The notes beneath the pieces were generated by a model, which did no database searches, was not told the origin of the DNA, and saw only the letters and a program-made list of their open reading frames with translations. From Bacteroidota bacterium (GTDB lineage Bacteria > Bacteroidota > Bacteroidia > NS11-12g > UBA955), in contig JAURNR010000047.1 in assembly GCA_030830065.1 (NCBI GenBank), positions 4,613 to 68,612 of the forward strand: a DNA stretch of 64,000 nt. Reading direction: 5' to 3'. Shown here in pieces: positions 59,876 to 64,000 of this stretch. Every line of letters begins with the position of its first letter. Positions within the stretch are counted from its first letter, which is position 1. A program made the position numbers and the translations under genes.

Positions 59876-62264
59876 TTTAGTGGTTCCCAATCCCACTGGG
59901 GCTCAGGACATATTAGACTTCCCAAACCGGTTAAATGACAAAGAAAAATTTAGAGGGGATACAAGTTTTTTTCACTTTAAAACATCAGGTATAAAAAGTA
60001 ACTCTCAAATTACAAAGGGCCATGAATATGGCTTAGTATTACCGGTAAATAAAAAAACAAAATCAGTTTACATTGAATTTTTATTGGAGTTAGAAATCAA
60101 CCCGTCTTCTGTAAACTATATAAATTTAATCTTAAGTGATGATTCAGGGTATCATAAAATTCAAATTGGTGATAAAAATGATGGATTGACCTACAGTTTA
60201 AATGAAAATATTCTAATACAAAAATCAGATATATTTACCCAGAAAAAATCCTATTCACTCTTTAGAATAAGTATTGATTCTTTTGCTTCAATTCGCATTC
60301 AAGATTTAATTGATTTTAATAATCATACTGACATTTTCAAGAATATTAGTTTAAATAATCTTAGGGAAATCAAATTTGAAATTTCACAATCAGGCATAGG
60401 AGCAATTGGTAGCCATAAACTTAATTATTTGAAAATTGGGTCAAAAAAATGGGATAATGAGAGTCCTGTATTTCTCGAAAAGCATCAAATTGGGAATCAC
60501 AATATTGAGTTCACATTTGATGAAATTATTTCCAATCTAAATCCACCGTTTTTTACACTCGAAAATGCATTAATAAATTACTACTGGATGAGCCCGAATA
60601 AGATAATGCTGGAATGTTCACAGTCAAATTTAAAATTGATAGGTAAAAAAATTAGTATTCATTGTTCAGATATTTGGGGGAATAAATTAAGTGATACTGT
60701 ATATGTCTCTTTATTTTATCTAGATACACCTGTATTTGGTGATTTATTGATTACTGAAATTCTATTTGATTCAAGCCCGTCATATGGACATTTACCTGAA
60801 TTTGAATTCATTGAATTAAAAAATGTGAGCAATAAAAGTATTGACTTGAGCAGTCTAAGCTGGAAACATAATAAACAACTTTATCCCTTTGACACGGGAA
60901 GAATTTTCAGCAACCAAGTTCTTGTATTCGGAAAGTATGATTGGCAAAATTCATGGTATAAAAAAGAGTTAAAATTCCCCAATTTATATGCTAGTGGAGG
61001 GCATATCCAGTTATTAAATTCATATAACCAGATTATTACACAACTAGAATATTCGCCAGATTATTTCAGGCAAGCATTCAAAGATGGTGGAGTAAGTTTA
61101 GAGCGAATTTCAGTTTCTCAAAAGGATGAATTAAATCTTGACTGTCTTAACGGGATTAGAGGTTCCCCAGGTCGAGCCGAACTTAATAAATCTAAAATTC
61201 TTGACTGTAAGTTATTAGATTATTATTTCAACCGCGACTCATTAATTCTTAATTGGAACCGCAATTTATTTTCACCGCAATTTATATCAGTTGTACACAA
61301 TAATGATACTTTTTACATTGAATTCTCCGGAAACAGAAGAATTCTTAGCATTGAATCCAAAAAACTGCAACCATCGGTAGATTCTATAGAAGTTACATTC
61401 ATTGACTGCGATTCTAATATTATAAGTCAAAAAATACTACCTCGGGAAATTGATTATTCCAGAATTGATTTTAACGAAATTCATTTTGAAACAGATGAAT
61501 CTACAGATTTTGTTGAACTAATAAATCTAGGTAAATCTGCGGTACTATTGGAAGATATAGATATTCTATTTTACAACCATCAAAGAAGATTAGTACAAGT
61601 TTTACCCCTAATAAACTCAAAAAAATTAAGCATAATGCCAGGTGAGATTTTAGCATTTTGCAAAAGTCCGATTAAACTGAAACAAGATAAATATTATTGG
61701 AATAAAATTTCCTTAACGAGGTTTCCAAACCTATCTAAAGAAGGGGCGATACTTAAGATCCAACATCACATATGGGGAACTATTGACGAGTTCGAATATA
61801 ATTCTAGTCAATACACACATTTAGACCAGGATACACATTCATTAGAAAAATTGAGCCCTGATCTTTATAGTAATCACCCAAGTAATTGGAGAAGTTCAAT
61901 TGAAAATCCAACACCTGGGGCAAAGAATTCCATTATTAATTCCAACCTAAATTCAGATCTAAATTTTATCCGTTCTGATCTAACTAAAATTGTTCTTCCG
62001 TATGATAAAAATATAAAAATTAGTTGTAATCAAAATAACGGTATTGCATACGTTTCAATCGATTTATACACTATACAAGGAGTATTTTTATTTCAATTAT
62101 GGAATTTAAAAAGCATCAATAAATCAGGAAGCTATTCAATTCCATTGAATTCAAATTTCCAAAATCTGCAAACTGCTAATTATATACTTAAATTTGAAAT
62201 CACCTATCCGAATAATAGGTCGAAAATTTATAAACAAAGAATAAGCATTTTCAATGACTTCTGA
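59814..62264 (+). CDS. Large secreted hypothetical protein with lamin-tail-domain (LTD) repeats and a possible degenerate T9SS C-terminal domain; start codon uncertain
   Basis: LTD-like LLITEILFDSSPSYGHLPEFEFIELKNVSNKSIDLSSLSW and STDFVELINLGKSAVLLEDIDI. Signal-peptide-like RVGLLLFISLVVPNPTGAQ reachable only from the TTG at 59814 (or the GTG at 59880, or an ATG at 59670 with a 206-nt out-of-frame overlap on the upstream GT2 gene). C-terminal ~80 aa weakly CTD-like. Confidence 0.4.
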   Translation: MGLLKSLSEEVGRVGLLLFISLVVPNPTGAQDILDFPNRLNDKEKFRGDTSFFHFKTSGIKSNSQITKGHEYGLVLPVNKKTKSVYIEFLLELEINPSSVNYINLILSDDSGYHKIQIGDKNDGLTYSLNENILIQKSDIFTQKKSYSLFRISIDSFASIRIQDLIDFNNHTDIFKNISLNNLREIKFEISQSGIGAIGSHKLNYLKIGSKKWDNESPVFLEKHQIGNHNIEFTFDEIISNLNPPFFTLENALINYYWMSPNKIMLECSQSNLKLIGKKISIHCSDIWGNKLSDTVYVSLFYLDTPVFGDLLITEILFDSSPSYGHLPEFEFIELKNVSNKSIDLSSLSWKHNKQLYPFDTGRIFSNQVLVFGKYDWQNSWYKKELKFPNLYASGGHIQLLNSYNQIITQLEYSPDYFRQAFKDGGVSLERISVSQKDELNLDCLNGIRGSPGRAELNKSKILDCKLLDYYFNRDSLILNWNRNLFSPQFISVVHNNDTFYIEFSGNRRILSIESKKLQPSVDSIEVTFIDCDSNIISQKILPREIDYSRIDFNEIHFETDESTDFVELINLGKSAVLLEDIDILFYNHQRRLVQVLPLINSKKLSIMPGEILAFCKSPIKLKQDKYYWNKISLTRFPNLSKEGAILKIQHHIWGTIDEFEYNSSQYTHLDQDTHSLEKLSPDLYSNHPSNWRSSIENPTPGAKNSIINSNLNSDLNFIRSDLTKIVLPYDKNIKISCNQNNGIAYVSIDLYTIQGVFLFQLWNLKSINKSGSYSIPLNSNFQNLQTANYILKFEITYPNNRSKIYKQRISIFNDF

Positions 62265-63039
62265 CGCTGAGAACATTATTGACTGGAAAAATATTGAAGC
62301 ACATAAAGGCCCAGAGGCCGTCCAAATTGCCAAGAACTTTCTTAAGTGGACAAATGAAATCAATATTACTGCACCTGATAATTTTAATACTCGATATTTA
62401 AATGGGGAACCAATACAATATATTCTAGGTGTAGGCTTTTTTCATAACTATCATTTTAAACTTAATTCATCTACTTTAATACCTAGGCCAGAAACAGAGG
62501 AATTGGTAGAACTCATATTAAGTGAAAATAGAAGTTTAAATAAAGCAACAGTATTGGATATTGGCACAGGCTGTGGCTGCATCCCTATTACTCTAATGCT
62601 TGAAAAAAATACTTGGCAGTCTGTAGGAATTGATATACAAGAAAGTGCTCTTAAATGTGCGTTAGAAAATTCACAAATATTCAATATTGAATCTCGCATG
62701 AAATTTGAATTAGTAGATATTCTAACCGAAATCCCTCAATTTAATGCCGAGATATGGGTTTCAAATCCACCCTATATTCCAAACAGCGAAATACAATCCA
62801 TAGAGGATCAAGTTAGAAATTTTGAACCTCAAATTGCTCTATTTGTGGATGACCCTTTAATTTTTTACAGAAGAATTATTCAATTATTTAATTCTGACTC
62901 ATCAGCGCAACAATTATGGTTTGAATGCCATCAAGATTTTGTATTAGAAGTAGCTGCGTTAGCTAATAAGGTAAATTTAAAAGCAAAAAAAATCGAAGAC
63001 TGCAGTGGCAATCTCCGATTTATTTTGATAAATAAATAG
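62254..63039 (+). CDS. prmC: Release factor glutamine N5-methyltransferase
   Basis: VLDIGTGCGCIPITL SAM motif; NPPY catalytic motif (SNPPYIP). Confidence 0.85.
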   Translation: MTSDAENIIDWKNIEAHKGPEAVQIAKNFLKWTNEINITAPDNFNTRYLNGEPIQYILGVGFFHNYHFKLNSSTLIPRPETEELVELILSENRSLNKATVLDIGTGCGCIPITLMLEKNTWQSVGIDIQESALKCALENSQIFNIESRMKFELVDILTEIPQFNAEIWVSNPPYIPNSEIQSIEDQVRNFEPQIALFVDDPLIFYRRIIQLFNSDSSAQQLWFECHQDFVLEVAALANKVNLKAKKIEDCSGNLRFILINK

Positions 63040-63041
63040 TT

Positions 63042-63665
63042 TTATTGTGGTAAACGAATTAGACCGTCGTTGTTAACCAATTCACCTCTCTTATAAATTC
63101 GTGTTAACGTAGTATAAATACCCTGAGAGAACTTCTTTAAATCCTTTTCTTCCGTTTTATCAAATAAACCTTCAATTAATCCTTTTGAGCTAATTGGTTT
63201 TTTGTAGTCTATCATAAAGTTAATAATGAGATCACGTTTGGTCATTTCACCAGGTTTTCTGCGACCTCCACCTTTCCTTAATACCGAAGATAATTTTACG
63301 ACTTTCTTTGGAGCAACTAATGCTTTAATCGGTGTAGAAGCAGGTCTTCCAACCTTCTTTCTTTTAGAACCAGCAGATGTTAATTTGGCCCGATATTCTT
63401 TTGATCGATTTTTCCATAGCTTGATTGAAAGTTCCATTTTATCTTTTTGTCTTTCAAGTTCTTTTTGGTGTCTCGCTTTAATTTTTTCTATTTCTTTTTC
63501 ATAAGCATCTTGAGCTTTAGTAATAGAATCTGCCAATGCTATTACTTCCTTCTGCAATTTTGCGTAAACAACCTCTTGTAAATTGCTACTACTCATGCGT
63601 TTTACCTTGTTTTTTGAACCAGGTTTTCTTCCTCTTTTCTTGGGTGTTTTTACAATTTCAGACAT
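63042..63665 (-). CDS. Lys/Arg-rich AT-hook-containing, histone-H1-like DNA-binding protein
   Basis: 207 aa; three AT-hook-like GRP cores (KKRGRKPGSKNK, KKVGRPAST, GGRRKPGE); central coiled-coil-like region; globular C-terminal domain. Confidence 0.4.
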   Translation of the reverse strand: MSEIVKTPKKRGRKPGSKNKVKRMSSSNLQEVVYAKLQKEVIALADSITKAQDAYEKEIEKIKARHQKELERQKDKMELSIKLWKNRSKEYRAKLTSAGSKRKKVGRPASTPIKALVAPKKVVKLSSVLRKGGGRRKPGEMTKRDLIINFMIDYKKPISSKGLIEGLFDKTEEKDLKKFSQGIYTTLTRIYKRGELVNNDGLIRLPQ

Positions 63666-63884
63666 AGTTTAATAAGAATGATTACAAAGTTAAATTTTAA
63701 GTGGTGACTCAAATCAATGCTTGGATAAATACCGAATTTTATCGATTAAGTGGTAAAGTTTTTAATTAAAATTTTCAACGTAATTTTTTTATAAATTTAA
63801 TAATTGAAACACAGTAATTTTAATTATAAAAGAACGGAGTTTTTCTAGCCAAAAATACTGCCTAATTTTGTAAGATGAATTTCG

Positions 63885-64000
63885 AAGAGAATTTCCCACT
63901 TCCCAACAGAATTGGAGAAATGAATTTAGATGAGTTGGAATTGCTATCAAAAACTCTTCGAAAATTTATTATAGATATTGTACTTAATAATGGAGGACAT
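63885..64000 (+). CDS. dxs: 1-deoxy-D-xylulose-5-phosphate synthase, N-terminal 38 aa only (continues past window end)
   Basis: MNFEENFPLPNRIGEMNLDELELLSKTLRKFIIDIVLNNGGH matches the DXS N-terminal pattern (L..I..P.DL..L...EL..L..E.R.F......GGH). Confidence 0.6.

Overview
This 64 kb window is a low-GC (~35%) chromosomal segment from a Bacteroidota organism. The protein repertoire is typical of a Flavobacteriia/Cytophagia-like genome with a type IX secretion system (T9SS). Most of the window is densely packed housekeeping genes: groES-groEL, greA, holB, def, ruvX, purE, efp, recR, panD, prmC, queD, a cysteine desulfurase, ald, mtgA, pssA, accC, a Kdo transferase and the 5' end of dxs. I found no rRNA, tRNA, CRISPR array, IS element or phage genes. 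The accessory-looking part is the first ~19.5 kb, all on the minus strand, and it holds two T9SS-related modules. (1) 1-8564: an ECF sigma factor overlaps by 11 nt (translational coupling) a 368-aa anti-sigma-like membrane protein whose C-terminus is a T9SS type B sorting domain. Downstream are a 1850-aa adhesin-like giant protein with the same type B C-terminal domain and a TPR/PD40 (PorE/OmpA-like) gene; no PorP/SprF gene is visible. (2) 10727-19500: a tight three-gene operon with 10-nt spacers: a 1248-aa CarboxypepD_reg+plug TonB-dependent-receptor-like protein, a 1297-aa T9SS type A CTD protein, and a 370-aa PorV/FadL-family beta-barrel, ended by a perfect 11-bp hairpin terminator. Other second-look items: a pair of adjacent secreted beta-barrel hypotheticals (one with a ChaN/Tiki-like GENH domain), an AT-hook/histone-H1-like protein, an 864-aa lamin-tail-domain protein with no clean start codon, and a recR-GT2-orphan-histidine-kinase-membrane-protein operon with overlapping stop/start codons. 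All functional calls come from reading motifs in the translations; no database search was possible.
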